A stretch of 25,518 nt of DNA from a virus. Lineage: Duplodnaviria; Caudoviricetes. Both the position numbers and the translations under genes were made by a program. The notes beneath the pieces are model-generated. The model did no database searches and was not told the origin of the DNA. It saw nothing but the letters and a program-made list of their open reading frames with translations. Below are positions 15,783 through 24,140 of the stretch, one piece after another (positions within the stretch are counted from its first letter, which is position 1; each line of letters opens with the position of its first letter). The stretch is from positions 1 to 25,518 of IMG/VR virus record IMGVR_UViG_3300028844_006088; one strand, written 5' to 3'.

Positions 15783-15821
15783 ATGATCAGATCATATCAG
15801 ACTGGATGAAAATGTCAAGAA
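15783..15821 (-). promoter_or_regulatory. Sigma70-type early promoter, copy 2
   Basis: TTGACA-16nt-TATGAT; 19 bp identical to copy 1 (plus strand ATGATCAGATCATATCAGA). Confidence 0.78.
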
Positions 15822-15829
15822 AAAAAATA

Positions 15830-16291
15830 TCAAGTAATATCAGTTACTTCGATATGACAGGCATCAATGAAGGGCCGCTTTCCTTGTGACCTTCTCAAGT
15901 CAACATATTCGTTCATTGCTTCTTCCATGGTTCCCTCATAATCTACAATGTTGTTAATATGCCAAGCAGCACCCCAGCGGATCGATACTTCCTTTTCTGC
16001 GGCAGCTTGTTTAACAGCATCAATTATATCGTCATAGCACGCCAACTCCCAACTTGCCCTGCTCCCGATATACGCCATGAGATCCACCGCATCGCCAGTG
16101 AGATGTTTTGACTTCATGGTTTTTGAAGCTTTTTTGGCAACAAGTTCTTTTTGTCTTTCTTCTGTACGAAGACCTTCTGTTACTCCAAAATCAATTGTTG
16201 TCAATTCAATTGCTCGTTTGACAACATCCACCAATTCTGGTTTTACACCTTCTAATCTACCTAAGGAACGTTGTGATAGTTTAAATGCCAT
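15830..16291 (-). CDS. Endolysin, peptidase M15 (L-alanyl-D-glutamate peptidase type)
   Basis: FKLSQRS..RLEGV, DFGVTEGLRT.ERQ, SKHLTGDAVD, IRWG and D..H motifs. Confidence 0.92.
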   Translation of the reverse strand: MAFKLSQRSLGRLEGVKPELVDVVKRAIELTTIDFGVTEGLRTEERQKELVAKKASKTMKSKHLTGDAVDLMAYIGSRASWELACYDDIIDAVKQAAAEKEVSIRWGAAWHINNIVDYEGTMEEAMNEYVDLRRSQGKRPFIDACHIEVTDIT

Positions 16292-16496
16292 TGTTCTCCT
16301 TTACTTGCTTAAAATATTCGCAATTTTTAGCGGCTTCGATTGTTAGCTTATCATAATTTGTATCACATAACCCACGAAATACACGTTGATGAAACTCAAC
16401 GTATTTGCGATTATCTGGTGTTGTAAACAATTGAGCGACAAACAACCAAAGCACATACAAAATAATCAGTGTTGAAATAGATCTTAGATTCAACAT
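16281..16496 (-). CDS. Small membrane-anchored protein next to the endolysin
   Basis: One N-terminal hydrophobic helix and two Cys in the soluble part; TTG start; overlaps the endolysin start. Confidence 0.55.
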   Translation of the reverse strand: MLNLRSISTLIILYVLWLFVAQLFTTPDNRKYVEFHQRVFRGLCDTNYDKLTIEAAKNCEYFKQVKENNGI

Positions 16497-16499
16497 TAT

Positions 16500-17036
16500 T
16501 TATGTGGTGCCTGTTGAACCAAAACCTCCGGCTCTTGTTGATTGAGATGGTCGTGTTTTTGTTTCAACTATTGTTGTCGGCACATTTTGAACTAATTCAC
16601 CCTGACAGATTCGTGTGTGATTCGGTAACTTATAAGGAACATCAGTGAGATTCTGAATCAAAACAAATGTTTCTTCAACATAATCAGAATCAATCACCGC
16701 TTCTTGATTCACCAGAACAATACCATTCTTGAGTGCCAGACCAGAACGAGGATGTAATCTTACACTGAAACCTTTGGGAATGTTAAAAATGATTCCTGTT
16801 GGTATCATCACTCGCAGACCACGATGAATCTCAAGAGAACCAAACTCAGGCTTCAATTCAATACTCTGGTCAGAGGATGATTGAAAGGCACGAATGGTTG
16901 AAGTTGGTTCAAAATTACAGAAAAGATCGAAACAAGCAGAACCTTCTGTTGCGAAATAAGGTGCTACCGCTTTTGGATTATGTTTGTAGAAACCAAGAGT
17001 TTGTTTAGGAATGAAATCTTCCACGCCAGTTGACAT
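16500..17036 (-). CDS. dut: Trimeric dUTPase
   Basis: GSACFDL, IPTG, PRSGLALK, VIDSDY, RICQGEL and RAGGFGSTG; ATG at 17036 follows GGAG. Confidence 0.95.
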   Translation of the reverse strand: MSTGVEDFIPKQTLGFYKHNPKAVAPYFATEGSACFDLFCNFEPTSTIRAFQSSSDQSIELKPEFGSLEIHRGLRVMIPTGIIFNIPKGFSVRLHPRSGLALKNGIVLVNQEAVIDSDYVEETFVLIQNLTDVPYKLPNHTRICQGELVQNVPTTIVETKTRPSQSTRAGGFGSTGTT

Positions 17037-17057
17037 AATAACTCCATAATAAAAGAT

Positions 17058-17083
17058 CAAAAAACGGAGTCCGAAGACTCCGT
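17058..17083 (-). terminator. Intrinsic terminator with cUUCGg tetraloop
   Basis: Minus strand ACGGAGTC-TTCG-GACTCCGT followed by a T run, the classic T4-type terminator. Confidence 0.88.
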
Positions 17084-17096
17084 GACAAAAATAAAA

Positions 17097-18209
17097 TTAC
17101 ATTACAGCATGATCGCCAGGGTTATCTGCGGGCGGTGGTCCTGTCCACCATCGATTATATAGATCTTTTTGACCCGTAGCTGTTTTTACGATTAAATGGC
17201 ATAAGTCTCTACCCGGAATTACTGCAGAACTACCTGATGTTATTGATGTTGCGGCGCTCACAGCAGCACCCCATCCAGCATTTCCAGGAGTAATACTACT
17301 GTCAATCCAAGAAACTTCATAAGTGCTGGCTGCTCCTGTTGCTTCATTTATAAAATGCGCTGTATACGATTCATTGTTATCAGCAATAAGAGAATGATGA
17401 ATAACAGGATATCTTTCCATTTCACGGTAAGTTGCCGGTGTTGCCAATGGATCATGCCCATATACAAATAATTCAGGATGAACCGCAGGGGCGGCATCTC
17501 TAAGAACAAACCAGAATTCTTTTGGTAGTCTACGTGAAATAGTTGTTTCAGAACGTCCACCAACAGTTTCACCAGATTCAATTGTCATCCAAGGATATTT
17601 ACTCATCAAACCAGCAAGATGATTTGCGTAATCTAGATATTGAGTATTTGCATCGAAGAATTCATCAATAATTGTATTGATTGAAGCATCATATGAATAT
17701 GGTGGAGTTGCTGGATATGATAGTCCGCTTGGAATTGGACCATCGTAATATGGCCAACCTGATGCTACTTCATACAAGGTAGGATCTACACGATACATGG
17801 CAGTATTTGACCAGAAATTTGTTTCAAGGTCTACTGTATGAATTGTCAGACCAGCAGAATCTGTATAACCTTCTGTCATTTTATCAAATACTGTATTCAA
17901 TTCTGTTCGAACATCGTTGATCAAAGCTGTATTTGAAGCGTCCGCAGCGATTGCTTGAGTAAGTTCATCTGTTGTTCGATATAGATAACCGGCGTAATCA
18001 GTTAGTGAAGTTTGTACTGCTTTCATTTCTTCAATCAAAGCAACGCCTTCTGTTTGAAAATCAGAATAAATCAAATTCATACAAGCATTCACAGTATTTT
18101 GTGTGATGATGTTTTCGACTTCTAATCGATTGAGTCCTCTAGCAACATCTCGAACTCGCAAGGGCTTTTCAAGAATTTGTGTTGCTGTCAATTTGGTGTA
18201 GGAAATCAT
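17097..18209 (-). CDS. Hypothetical protein, possibly virion-associated
   Basis: 370 aa acidic, Thr/Ala/Tyr-rich ORF ending at the terminator. Confidence 0.75.
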   Translation of the reverse strand: MISYTKLTATQILEKPLRVRDVARGLNRLEVENIITQNTVNACMNLIYSDFQTEGVALIEEMKAVQTSLTDYAGYLYRTTDELTQAIAADASNTALINDVRTELNTVFDKMTEGYTDSAGLTIHTVDLETNFWSNTAMYRVDPTLYEVASGWPYYDGPIPSGLSYPATPPYSYDASINTIIDEFFDANTQYLDYANHLAGLMSKYPWMTIESGETVGGRSETTISRRLPKEFWFVLRDAAPAVHPELFVYGHDPLATPATYREMERYPVIHHSLIADNNESYTAHFINEATGAASTYEVSWIDSSITPGNAGWGAAVSAATSITSGSSAVIPGRDLCHLIVKTATGQKDLYNRWWTGPPPADNPGDHAVM

Positions 18210-18223
18210 TGTTGTCTATCCCG

Positions 18224-18715
18224 TTATGTTAGTTGAGTAAGTAAATTAACAGACTGTTGTTCGAAATATAAATGAGATTGCTCATTCACAACAGCAAATC
18301 TTTCTGGTGTATTTATCCAGCAAGTGGGTAAAGTTGTATCTGTCATTTCTTGGTAATATTCCAAGATATAATACAGTTTATACATATTATCGACTTCTTC
18401 AAAATAATCTATACGCTTTCGGTCATCAAATTCACTTACAATTGTAACTGTTCTACCATTTGTATATAAATCATTTGAATAAGTATTCAAGTCAGTGATT
18501 TTTAAGTCATACTTATTTTTTTCAGCATCAATATAGGGCTTAACAATAGCTTCAAGAGGAACGAAAGAAGTCTGATATACTTCATCAGCAAGAAGTTTCA
18601 TTACATCATAATAATAAGGATTTCTTAGAATAAGACCATAAGAATGCTCGGTATGTAAATCAATCATCAACTGAGCATACTTATTAAAGTTTGATGTAAT
18701 GTCTGAATAAGTCAT
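18224..18715 (-). CDS. Hypothetical protein
   Basis: 163 aa Tyr-rich ORF; TAAATA just upstream. Confidence 0.72.
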   Translation of the reverse strand: MTYSDITSNFNKYAQLMIDLHTEHSYGLILRNPYYYDVMKLLADEVYQTSFVPLEAIVKPYIDAEKNKYDLKITDLNTYSNDLYTNGRTVTIVSEFDDRKRIDYFEEVDNMYKLYYILEYYQEMTDTTLPTCWINTPERFAVVNEQSHLYFEQQSVNLLTQLT

Positions 18716-18733
18716 CGATTTATTTAAATAAGT

Positions 18734-19162
18734 TTAGTTTTTTGAACCTACTTGGTATTTAGCTACTAATTCCCATTGAGATTTTTCCTTATGCGGAATG
18801 ATCTTAATTTGAGAAATAGGAACTACAGGATTTTCAATCGGATTTAGGTCTTTGATTTGAACAAGATTCCAATCGTGTAGTAGTTTAGCGATTGTGTTGC
18901 GTCTTGCCAAGTCTGATTCGGTGAAATTACTTTCTTTTCCATCCAGTTTGAAAAGTTCCTTGAAAGAAAGAATCACATATCGTCCACGTTTGTGAAGAAT
19001 ATGACAGGATTGATATAATTTCTTTTCTTTTTTTGAAGCAATTCCGATTCTTGTCAATGTTTCACGAACTTTCAAAAAGTCATCTTGACTTTTCAAATCA
19101 ACTTCCACACCAACTCCTCGAAAAATATCACCATCATGATCAATTTCATGTTCATTCAACAT
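18734..19162 (-). CDS. regA: Translational repressor RegA
   Basis: DDFLKVRETLTRIGIAS, LYQSCHILHKRGRY, FKELF.LDG, RRNTIAKLL.DW and WELVAKY. Confidence 0.97.
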   Translation of the reverse strand: MLNEHEIDHDGDIFRGVGVEVDLKSQDDFLKVRETLTRIGIASKKEKKLYQSCHILHKRGRYVILSFKELFKLDGKESNFTESDLARRNTIAKLLHDWNLVQIKDLNPIENPVVPISQIKIIPHKEKSQWELVAKYQVGSKN

Positions 19163-19214
19163 ACAAATCTCCTAAAATAATTTTATCGTATTACATAAGT
19201 ATTGTCATTACTCA

Positions 19215-19222
19215 TATTTATA
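19215..19222 (-). promoter_or_regulatory. T4-type late promoter upstream of regA
   Basis: Exact TATAAATA on the minus strand in the gp62-regA gap. Confidence 0.6.
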
Positions 19223-19227
19223 CTTTT

Positions 19228-19665
19228 TTATTTTTCTATGACGCCATAAACCATTGAATGTTCTATCTGTTTTATTTGATCATTCGTTAGAATTTCGAGA
19301 AATTCTTCGGCTTTCTTAAAGGAGACATTGTAAAATTTTGAAATCATGGATATATTTTCATAGTTGTCTTTCTTGAACCATTCTGAATATCGCTTTTTCT
19401 TTGGCACACCATAATAATAAAAATCATAATGCATTCTGTCACTTAGCGCAGGAACAAGATTGATTTCTTTCGCATAGAAAACTGTATCCGTAAAACCAGC
19501 AAAGGATCTTGTGACAAGAAATTGTGAATATCCACTCAGGTCTTCACCAAGATAAATCTCTTTGGTGTTGATTGACTTCACATAATCGAAGGGACTTCGT
19601 TTCTTTTTCTTTTCGAGTTCTGGCTCGACATATTCATTGTTCTTGAGACCGAAAAAGTTTTCCAT
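19228..19665 (-). CDS. gp62: Clamp loader small subunit (gp62)
   Basis: PFDYVKSIN, Y..FLV.R, DTVFYA.E.N and K.KRYS.W; lies between gp44 and regA. Confidence 0.9.
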   Translation of the reverse strand: MENFFGLKNNEYVEPELEKKKKRSPFDYVKSINTKEIYLGEDLSGYSQFLVTRSFAGFTDTVFYAKEINLVPALSDRMHYDFYYYGVPKKKRYSEWFKKDNYENISMISKFYNVSFKKAEEFLEILTNDQIKQIEHSMVYGVIEK

Positions 19666-19669
19666 GGCA

Positions 19670-20620
19670 TTACTTCACTTCAAAGTTAGAAAGTAACATC
19701 AACTCAGTCATACAAGCCAATGTGTGAATTTCTTTATCTACCGCCGATAAAGATTCATAACCATAACGAGAAAGAATCAAAATTACGTCTGGCAGACATT
19801 CTGGTTTTGCTCTCTCAAGAAGTTGGTCATAGAGAGAACGATAAAGTTCTGTTTCAGAACCGTGCCAGTTTTCGAGAATAAACTTGCGAATTGTTTGAAA
19901 CTTCTTTTCACGAATAGCTTCAACAAGAACATCAATGTTTTCATTCTGAACATTCGAAAGAATTTTGTCAGATAAGGTTCCTGCGCCACTGTATCTTTGA
20001 ATCTCATTGATACATCGTCGAAAGTCAGGAAAGAAATGAACGACCGCATGTTGAACTAATTTCTTTTCATAGTTGATACCTTCTCGGTCTAAAATTGTGC
20101 ACAGCTTTTGAAAGAAGTTCAAAGCTAATTTAGGTTTTTCATCTTTCGGAAAACGAAACTCAATTACAGCACAACGAGATTGTAGAGGAGGTATAATCTT
20201 TTGTGCTTGATTTGCGGTCATCACAAAACAACAATTTGATGAAAACTTTTCGAAAAAGTTTCTCAATGCATTTTGTGAAATGTCTGTTAGATGATCAGCC
20301 TCATCAAGAATCAGCATCTTGCGTCTGCCATCCATGGACATCGCAGAACAAAAGTCGGTCATCTTTGTTCGTATCGTGTCAATACCTCGTTCTTCAGAAG
20401 CATTGATCAACATTGTTTCAAGATTCAGTTGAGCAGCAATTGCCATGGCAGCAGATGTTTTACCTGTGCCACCTGACTGTGAATGAAATAGAAAGTTTGG
20501 AAGGTCACCTTTTTTCACAAAGGCGGTGAGAGTTTCTTTGATATCTTCTGAGAGAATCAATTCAGAAACTTCTTGAGGACGGTACTTTTGAACCCATAAA
20601 AATTCATCTCTTACAATCAT
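19670..20620 (-). CDS. gp44: Clamp loader large subunit (gp44)
   Basis: FLWVQKYRP, GTGKT, INAS.ERGID..R, ILDEAD, LQSRC and FPDFRR.INE.Q. Confidence 0.96.
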   Translation of the reverse strand: MIVRDEFLWVQKYRPQEVSELILSEDIKETLTAFVKKGDLPNFLFHSQSGGTGKTSAAMAIAAQLNLETMLINASEERGIDTIRTKMTDFCSAMSMDGRRKMLILDEADHLTDISQNALRNFFEKFSSNCCFVMTANQAQKIIPPLQSRCAVIEFRFPKDEKPKLALNFFQKLCTILDREGINYEKKLVQHAVVHFFPDFRRCINEIQRYSGAGTLSDKILSNVQNENIDVLVEAIREKKFQTIRKFILENWHGSETELYRSLYDQLLERAKPECLPDVILILSRYGYESLSAVDKEIHTLACMTELMLLSNFEVK

Positions 20621-20654
20621 GAATACCTCACATTTGAATTTTCAATAATATACT

Positions 20655-20731
20655 TGGCGGTCCCAACGGGATTTGAACCCGTAACTTCTATGTGACAGAC
20701 AGATATTTTTACCAGTTGAAACTATGGGACC
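20655..20731 (-). tRNA. tRNA-Asp(GTC), CCA encoded
   Basis: 77 nt cloverleaf: acceptor GGTCCCA/TGGGACC, anticodon arm TCTGT-CTGTCAC-ATAGA, T arm ACGGG-TTCAAAT-CCCGT, with G73, C38 and G10-U25. Confidence 0.93.
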
Positions 20732-20737
20732 TCCTTG

Positions 20738-20766
20738 ATCATAACACAATCTCCGAAGAATGTCAA
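20738..20766 (-). promoter_or_regulatory. Sigma70-type promoter for tRNA-Asp and possibly gp44-gp62-regA
   Basis: TTGACA-17nt-TATGAT with TG extension. Confidence 0.8.
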
Positions 20767-20969
20767 CTCTTCTTTAGGGCCTTCATTGTGTTTTCAATCG
20801 TCAACTTGTGAGCTTTCAGCTTGCCCTCAAGTTTTTTAATCTCCTTGACATCGTCCTCATTGGACTTGTTCAAGGCAGGAATCAAGCGATTATACGTCTC
20901 AACGTTTCGCTCAATTCGTTCAATGGCGCTTTTGCGGCGCACATTCTTTGCGGCAGTGCCACGAATCAT
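20763..20969 (-). CDS. Small basic coiled-coil hypothetical protein
   Basis: AGGAG upstream; helical hairpin-like sequence. Confidence 0.7.
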   Translation of the reverse strand: MIRGTAAKNVRRKSAIERIERNVETYNRLIPALNKSNEDDVKEIKKLEGKLKAHKLTIENTMKALKKS

Positions 20970-20981
20970 AAGCTCTCCTGC

Positions 20982-21263
20982 TTAAGGTTGACGGAAAATT
21001 TCATCGTAGATGTAGAACTCTTCATCGACTTTGGCTCTCTCTTCTGCGATGTTTCTCTTATGATAAATTTTGACTACTTTATTCAGACTCGCCTTTGGAA
21101 TCGAATAAGTCTTCGAAAGGTCTGTGATTGCATCTTTGATGAAATCTTTCTCACCATCAATGCGAGTGAGTGAATCAGAGACTTCTTTGAGGACTTTTCG
21201 AATAGTTGCCTTATCTTCAGTTGAAGAAGGTAGAACTACGGCTGAGGGTGTATTATTGGACAT
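20982..21263 (-). CDS. dsbA: Phage dsDNA-binding protein (T4 DsbA-like)
   Basis: KEVSDSLTRIDGEKDFIKD, NKVVKIYHK and YDEIF pattern; AAGGAG upstream. Confidence 0.75.
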   Translation of the reverse strand: MSNNTPSAVVLPSSTEDKATIRKVLKEVSDSLTRIDGEKDFIKDAITDLSKTYSIPKASLNKVVKIYHKRNIAEERAKVDEEFYIYDEIFRQP

Positions 21264-21855
21264 TTTTCACTAACTCCTTATTACTCTTCATCTCATTTAT
21301 ATGCCGAATCATTGCGGCAAATTTGTAAACATAATCTCTTGTTTCTCTGGGTAATCTTAGCTTTTCAACATCAGTTGTCTTTCTTCTTTTCATCTGTGAA
21401 CGAACATAGCCAGGTCCAACATTGTAGGCTGCTAAGGCTAATGTCCAATTAGGAAATCTTTCTTTTAGGAAAAGAAGATATTCAGCAGCCTTAACTGTGG
21501 ACTTTTTCCAATTGTATCGTTCATCAAGAAAGAAACCTTCTCGTAGTTCAACATGTTCGGCTGTGATATCATTAATTTGCCACATACCAACAGCACCGGC
21601 AGAAGAAACAGCAAACGGGTCATAACAACTTTCAATTATAGGTAGGTAAATCAAATCTTTAGGTAGACCATACTGACGAAAAACATTTTCAATATGTTCA
21701 ATATAAAAACGAGTTTTGCCAGTTTTCAAACATCTTTCAACATGACGAATAAATCCTTCACTTTGATACCAGCGGTCAACTTTTTCTCTTTTTAGGACAG
21801 TTGCATGTGCTTGCTGAAAAGAAAGAAATACTAGACTAAACGCCAACCACTTCAG
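21253..21855 (-). CDS. Exported lytic transglycosylase (SLT, MltD-like)
   Basis: LPKDL.YLPIIES, A.SSAGAVGMWQ, DER, LALAAYN.G and LPRETRDYV. Start uncertain; a CTG at 21855 is proposed. Confidence 0.88.
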   Translation of the reverse strand: MKWLAFSLVFLSFQQAHATVLKREKVDRWYQSEGFIRHVERCLKTGKTRFYIEHIENVFRQYGLPKDLIYLPIIESCYDPFAVSSAGAVGMWQINDITAEHVELREGFFLDERYNWKKSTVKAAEYLLFLKERFPNWTLALAAYNVGPGYVRSQMKRRKTTDVEKLRLPRETRDYVYKFAAMIRHINEMKSNKELVKNVQ

Positions 21856-22156
21856 GTTGTTCCACCTTGGTTTGTTGCAAATAAATTGTTTCAATATGAG
21901 GTTGTGGAATTTGTATTGAAATAATTTGCTGAGTTGGAATCCAATAAATAGGTTCAAATTGAGAAGTAGGGATTTCAGCAGCAGACATATATGGAATAGC
22001 ACCTTGAATTCCTTTTTCGGGATCTATAATTAAAAGTCTTGGCCTGGTGAATTTAAGTGTTGCTTCATTAATCCAAGTTTCATCGAGATTATTTTCCTCT
22101 GATTGTGCAAGAATTTCTGAACCATCAACTAAACGAACAGCATAAACATTACTCAT
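21836..22156 (-). CDS. Conserved T4-like small protein (Sm-like fold candidate)
   Basis: VRLVDGSEILA...PRL...PYM...I....I...P.....YL pattern. Confidence 0.65.
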   Translation of the reverse strand: MSNVYAVRLVDGSEILAQSEENNLDETWINEATLKFTRPRLLIIDPEKGIQGAIPYMSAAEIPTSQFEPIYWIPTQQIISIQIPQPHIETIYLQQTKVEQPEVVGV

Positions 22157-22161
22157 AGTTT

Positions 22162-22863
22162 TTATCCAAATGTTACAGGTTGTTGTAATGCTACAAAGAA
22201 AGTGTATTCACGATTTTTTGAAGTGAACTGAGCGCCACCTTTAGCAGCAATACGAACTTCGTAATCATCGTTCAGCATTTTGAGTTTTGAAACTTCAAAT
22301 ACTGCTGAGAATCTTTTTTCTGTAGTATTTTTTTGATCAAGTTTTCTTCGATGTCTTTCAGAAATCGTTGAACCATTTTGTGAAATATTTTCTGATACCA
22401 TATAGATATCATTTTCATCACCTTCAAACACAAGGTTTTGAAAGCCATTTACAGCGGCAGACTTTTTACCATACTCGAGCATATTTTCAGACAAGGTGAA
22501 CTCGATGTCTGGCTTTTCAATCACATACTTTTTTGAACGGTCTAATTCTTCAACAAGTTTAGGATCACAAAAACGAATATCCTGACTGGTTTTATCCGAC
22601 TGAATCACAAGATACTGTTCATCTTTTGGAAACTTCAAAACTGTATCACCTGTTGAAGACACAAGTGAATAGACAGAAATGAAATGATTCAGATCGAAGA
22701 TACAGAATTCTTTTGGAAATTCTTCTTCAAAGGTTGCGAAAGCAAAAGAATTACCTGAATTACTGACAGTGCTTTGTTGTGAGCCAGGATAGAAGTGAAT
22801 TGATTCATTGATAGAGGCAAAGTTTGAGAGAAAGAGAAGGTCAGACTTTGACAAATTTAGCAT
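22162..22863 (-). CDS. gp45: DNA polymerase sliding clamp (gp45)
   Basis: LS......L.NFASIN.SI, FP.EF.IFDL..F, LKML.DDY.V.I and FFVAL. Confidence 0.9.
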   Translation of the reverse strand: MLNLSKSDLLFLSNFASINESIHFYPGSQQSTVSNSGNSFAFATFEEEFPKEFCIFDLNHFISVYSLVSSTGDTVLKFPKDEQYLVIQSDKTSQDIRFCDPKLVEELDRSKKYVIEKPDIEFTLSENMLEYGKKSAAVNGFQNLVFEGDENDIYMVSENISQNGSTISERHRRKLDQKNTTEKRFSAVFEVSKLKMLNDDYEVRIAAKGGAQFTSKNREYTFFVALQQPVTFG

Positions 22864-22867
22864 AATA

Positions 22868-23113
22868 TTACCTCGTTGTTAAAATTTCAATTGTAATTCC
22901 AATGGAACTAAGAGACATCTCATACGTATTCCACCGATTATCTACACGAATACCAAAGTTTTCAAAACGAAACAAACAATATTCACGATTTTCGTAATAA
23001 CCAGTGATGTCATTTGTAGCATAATCAATTCCAGCATTATACATATGATTCAGCATGTGAGGATTATCCCTCACACACTGTTCGCATTCATTTGTTGTAA
23101 TGAATAATAACAT
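22868..23113 (-). CDS. Hypothetical protein
   Basis: 81 aa ORF filling the gap; CxxC near the N-terminus. Confidence 0.55.
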   Translation of the reverse strand: MLLFITTNECEQCVRDNPHMLNHMYNAGIDYATNDITGYYENREYCLFRFENFGIRVDNRWNTYEMSLSSIGITIEILTTR

Positions 23114-23128
23114 ATTTTGAATTGTTTG

Positions 23129-24061
23129 TCAAGAGGCTTTATTCAATCCTGTCAAATCAATATCAGGAACATCGGATTGAGTTGTAGCAATTGATGGTCC
23201 TTGTTGACTAAATTGTTCCATAGCAGCAAGTGCCTGAACTGAACCACGATAGACATAGGTGCCAACATGACTCAACTGCATCCAAGGACATGCCCAAATT
23301 TTTGTGCCTGCTTTGCGAGACATTTGACAGAAGAAATAATCTTCAGATAACAAACGATTAGTTGATCCACCAGTTGTTTCTGGTCGGTCAAAATCAACAT
23401 GGAAATATGCGGTGATATTTTTTGAGCCGTTGAAATCTTTTGAGTGATTATGGTCTGGCTTATATTCGTAATTAGGATAAGCTTCTTTGTAGGCGTTCAA
23501 GGCGGTTTTGTTCAACATCATGAAACCGGTTCCGATCTCAAGAACTTCAACTGGTTTGAAAATCTCAATCTCACCACGGCTTGCTGGATTGAAAACGAAA
23601 TCACCACCAAAATCTGCTAGTTTAGCAGGTGAATCTAAGAAGCCATCCATCTTGGCAGCTTTATCAACTCTTGGCCAGAGAATATGTTTTTTAGGATATA
23701 AACCTCCAATGATTGAATGCTCATCATCAGAAAGATATAGAAGATGTAGAACATCACGAGGATCAAACACAACATCAGCATCAATGAACATACCATGTGT
23801 AAATTCACTGATTTCGAAATAATGCGCTAGATAGTTTCTGGCTCGTTGAATCAAACTTTCGTTCATGATGAACTTACATTGTAGTTTGATACCAAAATAG
23901 GAACAAAGAGTGTTGAGGTCAATCAGGCGAGATGCTGTTTCGGCAATCATTTGACCACCATAACACGGCATCATAATCATCAATGATTTGCCTTCAAAAT
24001 CTTTAGGTTCGAGTTGAGTTTTTAAATCACCATCGGTAGGTTGTACAGGTCGTTCTGACAT
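23129..24061 (-). CDS. GT-A fold glycosyltransferase-like protein
   Basis: PCYGG, ESLIQRARN, FIDAD (DxD), GTGFM, LSEDYFFC and LSHVG. Confidence 0.8.
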   Translation of the reverse strand: MSERPVQPTDGDLKTQLEPKDFEGKSLMIMMPCYGGQMIAETASRLIDLNTLCSYFGIKLQCKFIMNESLIQRARNYLAHYFEISEFTHGMFIDADVVFDPRDVLHLLYLSDDEHSIIGGLYPKKHILWPRVDKAAKMDGFLDSPAKLADFGGDFVFNPASRGEIEIFKPVEVLEIGTGFMMLNKTALNAYKEAYPNYEYKPDHNHSKDFNGSKNITAYFHVDFDRPETTGGSTNRLLSEDYFFCQMSRKAGTKIWACPWMQLSHVGTYVYRGSVQALAAMEQFSQQGPSIATTQSDVPDIDLTGLNKAS

Positions 24062-24140
24062 TTATAACTCCATAAAATAGTAAAAAATAAAGAGAATCAT
24101 TCAATCTCATTTCTCTATTTAGTCTGTTTAAATTTCAATA

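Noticed and set aside
21856-22002. N-terminal extension of the SLT ORF to 22002
   Set aside because: It overlaps the Sm-like gene extensively and would bury the signal peptide.
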